Source: Ascoidea asiatica JCM 7603
Taxonomy: Eukaryota; Fungi; Ascomycota
NCBI GenBank assembly: GCA_001600695.1
Contig: BCKQ01000007.1
Span: forward strand, 565,594 to 629,593
Length of the DNA: 64,000 bases
Direction of reading: 5' to 3'
Of the stretch, positions 11,948 to 24,825 are shown piece after piece. A program made the translations under genes and the position numbers. Position 1 is the first letter of the stretch, and each line of letters opens with the position of its first letter. The notes below the pieces were generated by a model. The model did not search any database. It worked only from the letters and a program-made list of their open reading frames with translations, and was not told the origin of the DNA.

Positions 11948-13292
11948 TATTATAATTCAATAGTCTAATTGAATCTCAAACAATTGAATTCACAGATATC
12001 CTTAACAGTTTCAAGTATTATCAATCTTAATAATAGAAAATAGACCCTTTTTCCAGAAATTTCTAATTGATGAATTTTTACTCGATAAATTTCTTCAGTT
12101 CAAATACTCTCGGACAATGGCACAAAAGCTTAAAATTGCTTTGGATTTGATTATTTTTTCCAGTGTGCACGTGATGGGACACTTTTCATGAATAAATCAT
12201 GATGATGACTGTTAAAAGCACGTATTTAACAAAAATAAGAACAATCAATTATATAATTATTATAAACTAGCAGAAATAGATAAACTAAATAATGTTAACT
12301 GCATTATGAATAGGATTCAGATATTACCTTTTAAATTCACTGGAAGATATGAAGTTCATCTTTGATATGTGAATTCCTATTTAACCTCGGTTAGAATTCA
12401 AAGTCAATTGAGTAGATAGTAAAATCTTCTTTTTGAATGATAAAAATTTAAATTCAGGTTTATAATAGAGATAAAAAAATTAATAAACCAAATATAATCA
12501 CATATAAAAAAAGTAAAGGATATTTAAATAATTGGATTTTAATTGTATTATTGAAATTATCGAGTGTATTGAGTTAAAATGAAATTAATTAATTAAGATT
12601 ATTAGCTAAAATTGCCATAAATTTAAAATATAAGATCAATAGAAATGAAATTAAATATGTAATAAAGATATTTTTTGATTTCAATTGTTGTATCGGAAAG
12701 ATATGGTGAAAAAGATTTTTTATTAATTGAGTAAAAATGGATTTCATTGAATTTTAATTACTTCAAATGATAGGTATTATTAAATGGGATTTGAAATATT
12801 CAGCGTTTGAGGAGTATAAATTTATAAACGATTTCAGGAATTTGAGAAGCTTTTCAATTTCCAGTTGTATATTTTAGTTGAATTTAGTTTAAATTTACCA
12901 GGAACTAAGAAAAATGATACAATATTTTCATGTCAAAATAAAACTTTTAAAAGATTGTTTTTCAAATAAATCTTAAAACCAAACTAAAGATGATCAGAAC
13001 AAAAATAAGAAAAATAAAGATAAAGATAAAGATTAAGAAAATAATAATTTTTTATAAAAAGCCACCATTTAATAGTGAATATTATTTGAGATCAAAAGAA
13101 TTTTATGAAAATTTATATATAAGTACAGATTTATCATTATTTAATTTCATCATCAACTAATCAAACAGATGTTCTACCATTTTAAGATTTTAAAACTAGA
13201 TATTTTAAAAATAGGTTAGTTAATAAACTATATTTTACAAATAAATACTCAGTTGAAGTTGAATTAATCATTCATAAAAATTAGAATGCTAA

Positions 13293-14035
13293 GTTGAAAT
13301 TCAAGCAAAAAGAGTAAACTATAATTCAGGATTAGCATTTGGAGGTTTTAAAATTAGAAAACAAAAATATATTACATTTGATGGAAATTATGAGATATTA
13401 GTTTCAATTAATGGTGTCTAAAGTAGTTAAATAGTGACAGCAGTTGTCAAAATTTAGGTTTTGAAGATGTTTTAGTTTGAGAAGATCAGGTACTGAATTC
13501 TCAAGATAAAGATACTTGTGATAGAGTTGCTAATATTGAATTATCAAGAATTATGGGAGCAGATATTAAATTAAATCTTTCAAAATTTGATATTGGTACT
13601 AGAAAATCATGGGAAAACGCATTAATAGATTGTGAAGATAAAGGTTTAAAGCCATATCCAATTCCTGTAGAATATTGAGAAAAACATTTAAAAGGTGGAT
13701 TAGGATTTTTTGGATATTTTGAAGAAATATTTAAGCAAAAAAAAAGAATTAGAATTCAAACTCGATAAAATTGTTTTTTGAACAGTTACTACAAGTAGTT
13801 TAGCAAGATTAGTTGTTGGTGCTAAAATTTATAATTGAACACAAAATATTATCGGAATTGATATATTATACATAACTGGTAAAACTAGAGATCAAGTTTT
13901 AGGAATTTGTCAAAATATTGCAAAATTACTTGAATTGAAAAAATCACTAACTGAAATGATATTCAGGATCGACTTGCATTTCTTGGTTATAGTTTTCCGA
14001 ATAATGAAACAATTGAAGCTATTCAAATTTTTATG
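13293..14035 (+). pseudogene. Decayed 1-aminocyclopropane-1-carboxylate (ACC) deaminase pseudogene
   Basis: Broken-frame translation: AKRVNYNSGLAFGGFKIRK; LVSINGV*SS*; [15 protein letters not shown]; [13 protein letters not shown]; KPYPIP; GGLGFFG; DKIV; IIGID; PNNETIEAI. Colinear with remembered yeast/bacterial ACC deaminase; several stops and frameshifts. Confidence 0.92.
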
Positions 14036-15668
14036 ATAGCCTACTAATATCGATAATCCTATTGCTGATCCAGCTCTTGCAGTAATCTTAGCAACATTAA
14101 TGAAAAACAAAAAAATATTCTCTCTTATTTTATTCTACCTCAATAATATAATTTTTCTGGTAAAGCGAGGAGTAATTTTGTAGTATCTAAGGTATTTCAA
14201 ATAGATAAAAACAAAATGCCAAAAAGAGCGGAAAACAGAGCTGAAACAAGAAAATACTTATTTTTAAATAACTATTTTCTGAAATTACTTTGTTTTGGGA
14301 ATTATTTACGAACATTCTAGCCTGGAAATAGCAATATCATTTTTTTTTTAAATTTTTTTTACATTCGAGAAAATTACAAAAATATTTTAACTTCACTGTA
14401 AAGTAAATTTATACGGATATGTAGCGGATAGAAACCAATTTGGCCGTTTTAAACTCAATAATTTTTATTATTGTTTGTAGCTAATTTCAGTCTCAGCCAT
14501 GCCTTGCAATATAATTTCATAAAAATAAATTACATTTTTGAACCCAAAACTATTGTAAGGAAAGCTTTAGTCAAAGTTTATACGTTGCACCATTTTTTTT
14601 TCTAGTTCAATTTAATTTTAAAATCAATAATTTGGCTCTGATTATTTATAGCGATTTTGAGTTTTTCATTTGAATATGCTTACATGGCTGCTCTTTTTTT
14701 TTTTTATTTCCTTATTTGTGGAAAGGGTTAACTAATTGGAATGGGAATCTAAGGTTCTCTTTCAAAAAAATACGAAAAGAAAAAGAATTGTGGAAAGTTT
14801 TTATTTCAAAGAAAGTGACTCCTTGATTTGATTATGAGTTCGAAATCGAAGCTTTATACAAGTCTGGCCATTAATAAAGTTGGAAAATGTGAGGAAACTC
14901 GAAATCTGGCAATGTGAAAAAGATAAAGTGGAAACGAAAATGTGGAAATGTGGGAGTGAAAGTCACGATTGGATGGTAATTTGATTGGAATTCTCTAAAT
15001 TGAACCAGTATCTGTAAAGATAGGTGTAAGCACAGCAGTAAGCATGCTTTGGAAACGTGCTAAACCTTAAGTATTTCACGTACAGACACGTAACTAGTGT
15101 TAATGCTGCATTATGCATATGGAGAACCGCACCACAAAACTAAATATTTGAACTATTGCCCAGATTTCCAATCTATTTTCTTAACTACTATTATAACATT
15201 ACTACAATACTTTATGAAGGTTTCAAACATAAAATACTACTGCACAAGAAGAAATCTTTTAGATGAAATCAGAAAATAATTTGAAAAAGAGCGATTGAAA
15301 GTTATTTGCTTTACTTTTACTGTGAATTAGAAGTTTATGGAAACTATCGAAAATGGTAATCCTGTATATTGAAAAATATATCATAAAATTCCACGAATTA
15401 ATTTTAGAAAAAAGAATTATTGAACATAGATATATGCAAAAAAAAAAGTGATTAACAGAACAAAAAAGAAAATCAGAGTGATTTGCTAAACTATACGAGC
15501 AAACAGGGGAAAATAATGTTTAAAGGTAACGATTAAACAATGAAAAATTCAAAAGTTATTAAAATAAAATTTAATAGTATAAAATAAAAATAGAAAATAA
15601 AAATAAGATAGTTTTGGAGGTAAAAGACTAGGTAAAATAAATCATCTAAATACTTTGTATATTTCTAT

Positions 15669-18182
15669 TCAAAGCCATAATAAAGAAGATATTGCTAATA
15701 CTAATAAATTGAAGCAACTTTTAATAGAAATTGAATTTCCAAAATTTTCAAATTCTGTAATAGAAACTGAAGAGATGGAAGAAGAAGAAAAGGATTGTTC
15801 AATTGTAGCACTTGCTTCTAATTTAGACAGCGGATTAGAAAAACTTTCTTTACTGAAACTAGCTGTAGTGATACTATAGCTTCCAGAATTCCCTAAACCT
15901 TTATTTGTAGCATTAGTGACTTCTAAAGCTGCGCTAGTAGTGAATTGAGATTTAGATTTGGCACCGGCTTCTACACTTAAACCAATACTTGATTTCGCAT
16001 TAATTGATTCTACATTAGATGTAGTTGAATGTTTAATTGTTGAAGTTGATATATTGCTAAATTCCAAGGATGTTTCAGAAACAGATGCAGATTCTTTTGA
16101 TGGTCCAGTTGATGTTGAAACATGTGTTTTAATTGAGTTTTCTTTAGTATAAGTGATTGATATTGTTGAGCTTTTTGGAGTATTTGACACAGGTAATGAA
16201 GTAGTTACGATTAAATCTGTACTTAAAACATTTGTAGAATAAGAAATAATTATACCCTGAGTATTTGTAACTGGACGAACAGATGTTAGTACTGATTTAC
16301 CAGTGGCTGTTAAGGGACAATATGTTGTATAAGAAATGCTTGTGCTGTAAATAGTTTCAGTTACAAGTTCTCCTTTATCATTAGTGGTAGTAACACAAGA
16401 CTTAGAAACTAATGTTGATGCAACTGTTTTAGTTTCGCTTCCTAATGTGATAGGAACTGTATCGAGAATTTCCGTACATGAGATTCTGGAACCATCTGTA
16501 GTTGTGTACTGAGTTATTGTCAATACAATTTGGCTAATATCAGAAACAATAATTGTTGATGCATTTTCTACTGAAGTTGAAACAGAATCAGTACTAGTAG
16601 TGGAAACTGAAGTTTTAAAATTTGTAGTTGTAGATTCGAGAAATGAGGCTGTAATTCCACTTGTTTCAGTAGTTCCAGTAGTTCCAGTAGTTTCAGTAGT
16701 TCCAGTTACTTTAGAATAAGATAAGCTTGAATTAAAATATTGACTAGAATATTTAATAAATTGAAGTGAACTCATTGAAGAAGGATTAGTGATGGACTTT
16801 GAAGTAGTTGAAGAACCTAAGTTACTTATAGTAGATGATTTTATAAGGGAATTGGAGATTAAATTTGATGATGAAGGAAGAGAAATTGAAGAACTGATTG
16901 AATTTAACAATGAATCTGAAGTGGATAATGATAGTGAAGAAGTTGAGCTAGATGATATGGGAAAGCTTGAACTAGAAGTAGTGCCAGAAGTATAAGAAGG
17001 TGTGATCGATGAAGAGGAAGTGATACTGGAACTATAAGTAAAGGAACTATGGCTTGAAATTAAACTACTTGGAGCTGATGAGATTAAACTAGAAGTAAAA
17101 GAAGAGGTGCTAATTAACATGGAAAAAGCTGAGCTTGATGATATAATTTGAGATGAAGAAAATGAATAAACAGATGAAGAGAATGGTGGCAAAGAAGATG
17201 TTAAAGAGGAAGAAGATTGGTATAAAATCGATGAGGAATATGAAGAAATTTCAGATGAAGGTGGAGTTGATACGATTGTTGAGGAAGATAAACTAGTAGA
17301 TGAATATAGTGCTGCTGATGACGATGACGATGGCGATGACGATGGCGATGACGATAGCGATAACGATGGCGATAACGATGACGATGAAAAAGTATATAAG
17401 AAGAATGATGGTAATGAAGATGAAGGAGCTGAAGGGGATGAAGATGGGTAGGAAAATGAAGAAGAAGAAGGAGATATCAGAAGGGACGATGATGCAGATG
17501 AGGAGTATGAGGAGAGGGAACTGGAAGAATATTGAGAATTTGATAATGAACTAGTAGAACTTGAGGAGGCTAAACTAGAAGTTTGTGGACCACAATTTGT
17601 ATCCCAGCAGAAAGATGGAATATCAAAAAAAGCATTATCATTATCGGCAGAACCACAACCCATAGTATAAGTCAAATGATAATACGAGTTTCTTTTCTTT
17701 TTCAGCGCAGTTGCTGTAGTAAATGAATGAGTGAAAACAAAAGTTATATCGAGTGATGGAAAACAGGTTTTGTCACTTGTAGTATCTGGATAAATAAGGA
17801 AATCGTAGGTCCAATCACAAGGACCTGTAACAAAATTATCACTTCCATAACTATAAAGATATGTATAACTATTAGTTACACTAGCATAATTATAATAGAC
17901 AGCTTGAATTGTATTTGTTGAAGCAATTGAAATACATTCTGAAGAGTAATAACTTAAAGTCATATAGTAACGACTATATTGGGGTTCATAAATAGGAGAA
18001 GAATATGTCCAAGTAGCAGCAGGTTTTGAAGAATCTGAAGTTGCAGTGTTACATTGCAAAGACCCGGGACAAGTTGCTGATGTTGCCGTTGTAGTAGGAA
18101 TAGAAGTCATGACACCATCTGAACAGATTAAATGGACAGAAATACTAACTAAACATAAAAGGAAAGAAAGAGGAAAAAGCAT
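15669..18182 (-). CDS. Flo11-domain GPI-anchored adhesin
   Basis: Signal peptide. N-terminal domain has Flo11-like motifs (LYSY...GPCDWTYDFLIY, FPSLDITF, MGC...DIPSFCWDTNC). Ser/Thr stalk, TTYCPL flocculin repeat, C-terminal GPI signal. Confidence 0.85.
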   Translation of the reverse strand: MLFPLSFLLCLVSISVHLICSDGVMTSIPTTTATSATCPGSLQCNTATSDSSKPAATWTYSSPIYEPQYSRYYMTLSYYSSECISIASTNTIQAVYYNYASVTNSYTYLYSYGSDNFVTGPCDWTYDFLIYPDTTSDKTCFPSLDITFVFTHSFTTATALKKKRNSYYHLTYTMGCGSADNDNAFFDIPSFCWDTNCGPQTSSLASSSSTSSLSNSQYSSSSLSSYSSSASSSLLISPSSSSFSYPSSSPSAPSSSLPSFFLYTFSSSSLSPSLSLSSSPSSSPSSSSSAALYSSTSLSSSTIVSTPPSSEISSYSSSILYQSSSSLTSSLPPFSSSVYSFSSSQIISSSSAFSMLISTSSFTSSLISSAPSSLISSHSSFTYSSSITSSSSITPSYTSGTTSSSSFPISSSSTSSLSLSTSDSLLNSISSSISLPSSSNLISNSLIKSSTISNLGSSTTSKSITNPSSMSSLQFIKYSSQYFNSSLSYSKVTGTTETTGTTGTTETSGITASFLESTTTNFKTSVSTTSTDSVSTSVENASTIIVSDISQIVLTITQYTTTDGSRISCTEILDTVPITLGSETKTVASTLVSKSCVTTTNDKGELVTETIYSTSISYTTYCPLTATGKSVLTSVRPVTNTQGIIISYSTNVLSTDLIVTTSLPVSNTPKSSTISITYTKENSIKTHVSTSTGPSKESASVSETSLEFSNISTSTIKHSTTSNVESINAKSSIGLSVEAGAKSKSQFTTSAALEVTNATNKGLGNSGSYSITTASFSKESFSNPLSKLEASATIEQSFSSSSISSVSITEFENFGNSISIKSCFNLLVLAISSLLWL

Positions 18183-19746
18183 TCTTGAATAATTGAAGTT
18201 TTCTTTTTTAGAATTTGGCCTTTTACTATTACTTCTTCTTCAAAGTTAATGAATTTGAATTCAATTATTTTTCTTTTAATTCGCAGAATAGTATATTTAT
18301 TAAAACTGAAAAATAATGCTCTTTTGAAGAAGAAATTAAGGTCTTTAAATAGCAGAAAAAATTACATTTTAATTGAAAAAATTCTTTCTGCTCATTTGAA
18401 AGTTACTCAATAGTAATATTGGGCAATGAGAACAATCATTCACTTGATGTTTTTTACAAGAATGAAAAAGAAAAAATAATTTCTCAAGCTAATAAAGTAA
18501 TTAAAAAAACAGAGCCCCTAGTTCCAAGCTCATTGAATCTGCTCAATATCAATATATTGTATGTTAATCAAGCTTTTTTTAAACATAGCTTTACGTTGCT
18601 ACGAGATTTGGAAACATCAAAAATAACTGGCTCAAAATAACAGAGTAAGTAAGGGAGTACCAAATAATACATTAAAGTTTTGAAAAAACAAATAAGCTTT
18701 GGCGTTCTAAACTTTATTGAAACAATTTCATAAATCAGAGTTGGCTGCTTGGAATTTTTCAATTTTACTGTGATTATTTTTCCAAAAAAAAAAAGCTAGT
18801 AATTTGGATAGCAATGGCGAAATGTTGAAATTAAAAAAACTGGGTAGAGATTAGTTGAAAATGACTCTTTTACTTCTTGTTTCAATTCAATGAATTTTCT
18901 GAATTAGATTTGAAAAGCCTGAGAATTTCGAGTAGCAATGAACAAAAAAACAAAAAAACAGAAAAAGAATTATTTCGTTTGAGATGTGTTATAGTAAAAT
19001 TTTAATTTAATTTTAATTTGAAGAGGATTAATTTGGTTGTTAGAGTTCAAGAAAAGACAGAAAACCCTCTTGAGAAAAGTTTTTGAATGAACGAAAACTG
19101 CTCACTCTCAACAAAATTATGGGTAGAGCCTCAGATTTATTGCGTTGCAATTAAAGAGTGCGGTACTTACTCAGTTTAGCAAATGCATGACAAATACAAA
19201 ATGCATCAAAAGGCATAAGCAGAAATATGCATCAACAACAATTAAGCCAAGCTATCTATAATGCATTTTAATGCACGCTAAACACAAAAAGAGTATTTTT
19301 GTACCTACAGCTTTATACAAGTTTTGGTATTTCGTAGTATCAATAAAATACGCGTTCCGGGAAATATCTCGTGACTGACTTTTGCGAGAACTTCAAGAAC
19401 CGGAGTGGAACAAAAAGAAATACCACAAAAGAATAAATCAATTCTTGTTTACCCATTGGAGAATCGCTCTCTCATAGGTAATTAATAAAGAACTAGCAAC
19501 ACAACATTGAAATCTTCCTCAAAATATCTTCGAACCTTATGCCTTGACTGGTTTATTTTCAATAAAAAAAAGAAATTCACATTTTTGTCTATTTCCAGAG
19601 GTATCATTTAAAAGTTTTTTCACATTTAATCTCTTGGTTAGTAGCTGAGAATATTGTAACGTTAACACCAGACAATGCAGTTCCAAAAGCCTGGGTCAGT
19701 TAGCGGGAGTCACGTGTTCTGGTCACCAAACACTGCTAGAGACTCG

Positions 19747-19772
19747 CATACGAACTAAACGAGGCGTACGAG
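19747..19772 (-). promoter_or_regulatory. Cluster of three SRE/AR1-like (Upc2) sites in the UPC2 promoter
   Basis: Minus strand reads CTCGTAC, CTCGTTTAG and TCGTATG within 26 bp. A GTCACGTG E-box lies at about 19709. Confidence 0.7.
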
Positions 19773-20245
19773 CCACTCCCAGTCGTCCACTTATTCTACA
19801 CTGTTGACAAATTTGATATTTCGAGTAGAAAACATCATTTTGAAGGAAATTTAAGGAAACTAAAGGAAAATATAAAGGGAATTGAAAACAAAACAATAGA
19901 AATTATCACAATCCATTTATTCAACTCTCATTATTCACTAATCTTATAAAAGAATAAACATTATCAATACTTCATTACACTACTAGTATTCTTAGGATTA
20001 ACCAGAAATCTATCAAGTTCTTTGCTTTACGTATTATTGTTGTAACTAAGATTATCCTTTTTAGCATTAATACTTCAAAAACAAAGATTATAATCTCAAT
20101 CTTTGACAGATCAACATTATCTTATATTAAACGCAATTATAATATCCTATACGATCATTTTCATATTTATATTAGTTTTCCTTTATATATACTTATATAT
20201 CTGTTTATCCTTCGTAAAGTATTTCTTTTTTTTTTTTTTTGAAAA

Positions 20246-23200
20246 ATGGCTATTGATAATAATCAAACTCTCATTCAAAATAATATTAATAATAAAGATA
20301 ATAAAGACAATAAAGACAATAAAGATAATAAAGATAATAAAGATAATAAAGATAATAAAGATAATAAGGATAATAAGGATAATAATAAAAAGGACGATAG
20401 TAGTCAAATTCAATTAAATATTGAAGAAAATTCAATAAGTAAATCTAGTTTGAAAAAAAACTCCAAATCAAATAATAACAATCATTCTAATGAAAGATCA
20501 AAAAAGCTATCTGATTCTAAAATAAATTCCAATTCCAATTCCAATTTAAATTCCAATTCCAATTTAATTTCAAATTCTAAAAAAAATATGAGTTCATTAG
20601 ATTTTTCAAATTTACCTTCTTCTGTGACTGATTCAATTGCGAAAGTCATAAATAATAATTTATCTCATTCAAAATTAAATCAACAATCGAAATCAAAAAT
20701 TACAAAACCAGATATATCTCGTTCTTTAATAGAAAATAATAAAATCAAATCTCTTAATAATCAACTTAACCAATCAAATAATCAATCAAACAATCTTTCA
20801 ATAAGTAATATAATTAATGATGATAATACTAATAAAAATCTTATAAATGATAATAATAATAATGATAAATTACAAAGTGATTCCAATAATTGCTCATTTA
20901 GTAAGAAAAGTTCAAAATCTTCAACCGGTAAAAGGAGATATCATAATAAATCAAGAAAAGGCTGTAATACTTGTAAAAGAAGAAGAGTGAAATGTGATGA
21001 AACTAAACCAATTTGTACAAAATGTGAACATATGGGTTTAGATTGTGCTTATTCAGCTTTAGCTTTAGGACTCTCTGATAATATCGATAGCAATACCAAT
21101 AATAACATTGTGAATAATGATAACGGCCTCAATAATGCCAATAATAACTCAAACTTATCTAATAATAATAATAATAATAGTATTGGTAATGGTACTAATG
21201 GTAGTAATATTAATAACAATAACAATATTAATAATTTGTTATCCAGTCTCACTTCTGGAAACAATACTCCTATCAATTTATTAAGCTTAATAAATTCTTT
21301 AACTAGTAATTCAAACAACTCAAATGATTCAAATAATTCAAATTCTAATAATAATATTTTGAATACTAATTTAAACAACAATAATAATATGACTAGTAGC
21401 GCTATGAATACATTGAACTCAAACATAAATTCGAATATGGATAATATTGAAGGTATAATATCTTCTTTATCAAATCAATCTGCAAATCAAAATCAATCTC
21501 CAAACATTTTTGATATTTTAGGTAGTCTAGGAAATTTGGGTAATTTGGGTAATTTAAGTAATTTAGGTGCTTTAGCCAATTTAAATGGAGCAAATGGTAA
21601 TAAAAATATACTTTCAACTATTATTCAATCTTTATCTCAGCAAAATCAATCACCTCAACAGGAAAATCAATTACCTCAACAGCAAAATCGACATCCTCTG
21701 TCTGAATCTAATCAACAGTTCAATATCAATAATAATATCAATAATAATAATAATACCCTCCCTGCAACTAATAGTAATTTATCTTCATTATTATCTAAAA
21801 TAAGTCCAGAAATGATTCAATTAGCTACCTCTCATTTATTCTCTGCCATGAATAGTGAAAACCAATCACATTCTCAATCTCAGAACTCGTTTCAACTAAA
21901 AAGAGAGCAACAACAACAACAAATACCTCAACCTTCTCCAAATCCTACAATAATAACTACCCAAAGTTCACCATCACCAGTTTTATCTCAAATGAGTAAT
22001 ATAAGTAATTTGAATAATTTAAGTACTTTAAGTAGTTTAACTAGTTTAAGTAGTATGAATAATAGGGGTACTTCCAGTAATTCAAAACTAAATAATTCAA
22101 TGAGTAATTCAAATAATTCAAGTATTCTTAATGGTGTGAACATAAATAATCAACATTTTAATCAAGCGAACCAAGCAAAACAATTATTGAATACAATTAC
22201 TCAAAATACAAATACCTCATTAAGTAATTATACAACAAACCGATCTTCAATCTCTCCATTAGCTATATCTCCAGAACCTCAATCCAGGACTCATTCAATT
22301 TCTACAACTTTATCACCTCAACAAAGATCAGTTACCCCAAGTATTAATAATATAATTAATTCACCACAGGTTGGAAATGAAACCTTAAATAACCCAAAAA
22401 ATTCAAATAATGTAAATAATACAAGTAATATAAATCCTTTACATCAAATTTTACAAGCGACAAATAATTTAGATAATAAGACAATCAATGGTATTAGCGG
22501 ATTATTGTCATTAGCACCTTTTGCTTCAATGTTTTTGCCATCAAAATCTAAAATTACTTCGAATAGTAACGCATCGCCTTCAATGATCAATAATAATATA
22601 AATAATGATAATAATAATTCAAGTAATAGCGGAAATCAACTACCTTCAATTAATAATATTTCACCTTTAAATCAAATTAATCAATTGAATCAATTAAATA
22701 ATAATAGCAGTAATAACAATAATACTAATAATAATTCTACTCTGACACCAAATTTTTTGTTGCCACAGTCGACCACAAGGTCAAATTCAATGTCAACAAT
22801 ATCTGATAACTCTAGAAGAATTACAAGTGAAACTCATATACTACCAAAACCTGAAAACAATTCTATGAATATGAGTATTAGTGGGCAATTGAGTCAATAT
22901 CAATTGCAAAATAATAAAAATGGTCGAAATAATAATTCAGTGTCTATTAATGATTTGAATAATTTTCATAATTTGAATAATTTGAATAATATGAGTAATT
23001 TAAATAATATAAGCAACAATATCAATAACATTAATCGAAGTATTAATAATACTAGTCAGAATAATAGTAATAAAAATACTATTAATTATAAAGTCAGCCC
23101 AAACAATAATAATGATGTTATTAATATGAGTAAAGATAACAATAAAAATGATAATACTAATGAGAATAATAGTTTTCAAAAAAATTCTAATGCTGAACAA

Positions 23201-24394
23201 TCCAGAATTTCTAATAATCAAAGAGGTTTGGATAGCATGTCAGATTCTGGAGATGATACATCACAAAGATCGTATGTTGAAAATACTGATGAAAATGAGA
23301 TCTCAAATGGAACCAATAATAATGACAATAATAATGGTAATAGTAATAATAAGACTACTACAAGTAACAATAATAATAATAACACAAGTAATAATAATAA
23401 TAACAATAATAATAATAATACAAGTTATTTAAATATTCAAGATTTGAAGTTAATGTATCATTATACAACAAAGGTTTGGCCAACAATAACAGCAGCAGGA
23501 ATTTCAGAAGAAAAATTATGGTCAGAATATATTCCTGAATTAGCATTTCAATACCCATTTTTAATGCATTCAATATTAGCATTTTCAGCTACGCATTTAT
23601 CACGCAGTGAAATTGGATTAGATGAATGTGTTACAAGACATAGAGGAGAAGCTTTAAGATTATTAAGAGAAGCAGTTTTAAAAATATCATTAGATAATAC
23701 TGATGCATTAGTTGCTAGTGCATTAATATTAATTATGGACGCGTTAGCAAATGCATCATTACCGACAGCAACATCACCAAAATCTTTACCAGCATCAGCA
23801 TGGATCTATCATGTTAAAGGAGCAGCAACTATATTAACAGCAGTTTGGCCATTGAATAAAAGTTCTAGATTTCATAAATTTATTTCAGTTGATTTATCAG
23901 ATTTAGGAGATATCATAAATAATCCTCAAACATATGAAAACATTGAACAACCATATTCTAATTTAACATGTTTTGATGAAACTATATCAGATTTATATCC
24001 CGTGGAATATACATCACCATATTTAATAACTTTGGCATATTTAGATAAATTACATAATGAAAGATATAAAAGTGATTTTATTTTAAGAGTTTTTGCCTTT
24101 CCTGCATTATTAGATAAAACATTTCTCTCATTATTAATGACTGGGGATATGCCTGCAATGAGAATTATGAGAAGTTATTATAGCTTACTAAGAGGATTTA
24201 CATCTGAAATGAAAAATAAAGTATGGTTCTTAGAAGGTGTTAGTACTGTCTTACCAGAAGATGTAGAAGAATATAGTGGTGGAGGTGCAATGCATATGAT
24301 GTTGGATTTCTTAGGAGGTGGCCCTAGTATAACTACCAGTGTTTACAATGATGATAATATGAATCTTGATGACATGGATTTCATGAGTGCGTAA
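20246..24394 (+). CDS. UPC2: Sterol regulatory Zn(II)2Cys6 transcription factor Upc2/Ecm22
   Basis: [23 protein letters not shown] zinc cluster and conserved C-terminal sterol-binding domain ([37 protein letters not shown]). Confidence 0.97.
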   Translation: MAIDNNQTLIQNNINNKDNKDNKDNKDNKDNKDNKDNKDNKDNKDNNKKDDSSQIQLNIEENSISKSSLKKNSKSNNNNHSNERSKKLSDSKINSNSNSNLNSNSNLISNSKKNMSSLDFSNLPSSVTDSIAKVINNNLSHSKLNQQSKSKITKPDISRSLIENNKIKSLNNQLNQSNNQSNNLSISNIINDDNTNKNLINDNNNNDKLQSDSNNCSFSKKSSKSSTGKRRYHNKSRKGCNTCKRRRVKCDETKPICTKCEHMGLDCAYSALALGLSDNIDSNTNNNIVNNDNGLNNANNNSNLSNNNNNNSIGNGTNGSNINNNNNINNLLSSLTSGNNTPINLLSLINSLTSNSNNSNDSNNSNSNNNILNTNLNNNNNMTSSAMNTLNSNINSNMDNIEGIISSLSNQSANQNQSPNIFDILGSLGNLGNLGNLSNLGALANLNGANGNKNILSTIIQSLSQQNQSPQQENQLPQQQNRHPLSESNQQFNINNNINNNNNTLPATNSNLSSLLSKISPEMIQLATSHLFSAMNSENQSHSQSQNSFQLKREQQQQQIPQPSPNPTIITTQSSPSPVLSQMSNISNLNNLSTLSSLTSLSSMNNRGTSSNSKLNNSMSNSNNSSILNGVNINNQHFNQANQAKQLLNTITQNTNTSLSNYTTNRSSISPLAISPEPQSRTHSISTTLSPQQRSVTPSINNIINSPQVGNETLNNPKNSNNVNNTSNINPLHQILQATNNLDNKTINGISGLLSLAPFASMFLPSKSKITSNSNASPSMINNNINNDNNNSSNSGNQLPSINNISPLNQINQLNQLNNNSSNNNNTNNNSTLTPNFLLPQSTTRSNSMSTISDNSRRITSETHILPKPENNSMNMSISGQLSQYQLQNNKNGRNNNSVSINDLNNFHNLNNLNNMSNLNNISNNINNINRSINNTSQNNSNKNTINYKVSPNNNNDVINMSKDNNKNDNTNENNSFQKNSNAEQSRISNNQRGLDSMSDSGDDTSQRSYVENTDENEISNGTNNNDNNNGNSNNKTTTSNNNNNNTSNNNNNNNNNNTSYLNIQDLKLMYHYTTKVWPTITAAGISEEKLWSEYIPELAFQYPFLMHSILAFSATHLSRSEIGLDECVTRHRGEALRLLREAVLKISLDNTDALVASALILIMDALANASLPTATSPKSLPASAWIYHVKGAATILTAVWPLNKSSRFHKFISVDLSDLGDIINNPQTYENIEQPYSNLTCFDETISDLYPVEYTSPYLITLAYLDKLHNERYKSDFILRVFAFPALLDKTFLSLLMTGDMPAMRIMRSYYSLLRGFTSEMKNKVWFLEGVSTVLPEDVEEYSGGGAMHMMLDFLGGGPSITTSVYNDDNMNLDDMDFMSA
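20291..20383 (+). repeat. Coding 9-bp repeat (AATAAAGAT)n encoding (NKD)n
   Basis: About 10 tandem units at the start of UPC2. Confidence 0.92.
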
Positions 24395-24552
24395 TAAATT
24401 ACAATTTATAGATATAATTCAAGCACTTTTAATGTATAATGATTAAAAAACAAAAGATCTGGATTATTGCAAGATTCAGCTTCAAAAGGAGGTTTTTCTC
24501 CTAAGGATGGTTCAAAAGATGATTTAAAGGATACTTCAAATAGATAATTTCG

Positions 24553-24825
24553 CTCGGAAACCATTCGGAAGTGTTTCCGATAAACAAGCGGAACCTGGGG
24601 TAAATATCGGACAACTTTATCCGTATCACGTTACCAGAACAAGACCAAACTTGTGGTACTTGTTTTTTTTTGATTTTTTCACATGCCAATTTAGCGGAAA
24701 TAACGGATATTTACATCCGTGTTTATCCGAGCCGCTGACGAGTGCTTTCCTCTCCGGAAAGCTTCTCACGTGCGGAATTTGCTTTGTTTGGCTTTGCTTG
24801 TTTTGCTCCGACGCGTCGCTCCGAA
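24553..24825. promoter_or_regulatory. Dense CGGA/TCCG array (Zn2Cys6-type half sites) upstream of PSD1
   Basis: 15 CGGA/TCCG in about 275 bp, several as inverted pairs. Also CACGTG and ACGCGT. Confidence 0.55.

Noticed and set aside
13910-14110. 66-aa minus-strand ORF
   Set aside because: Overlaps the antisense strand of the ACC deaminase pseudogene and lacks an ATG start.
14825-14885. DYEFEIEALYKSGH resembling a Ty3/gypsy RNase H end
   Set aside because: Too short, with no supporting flanking motifs.
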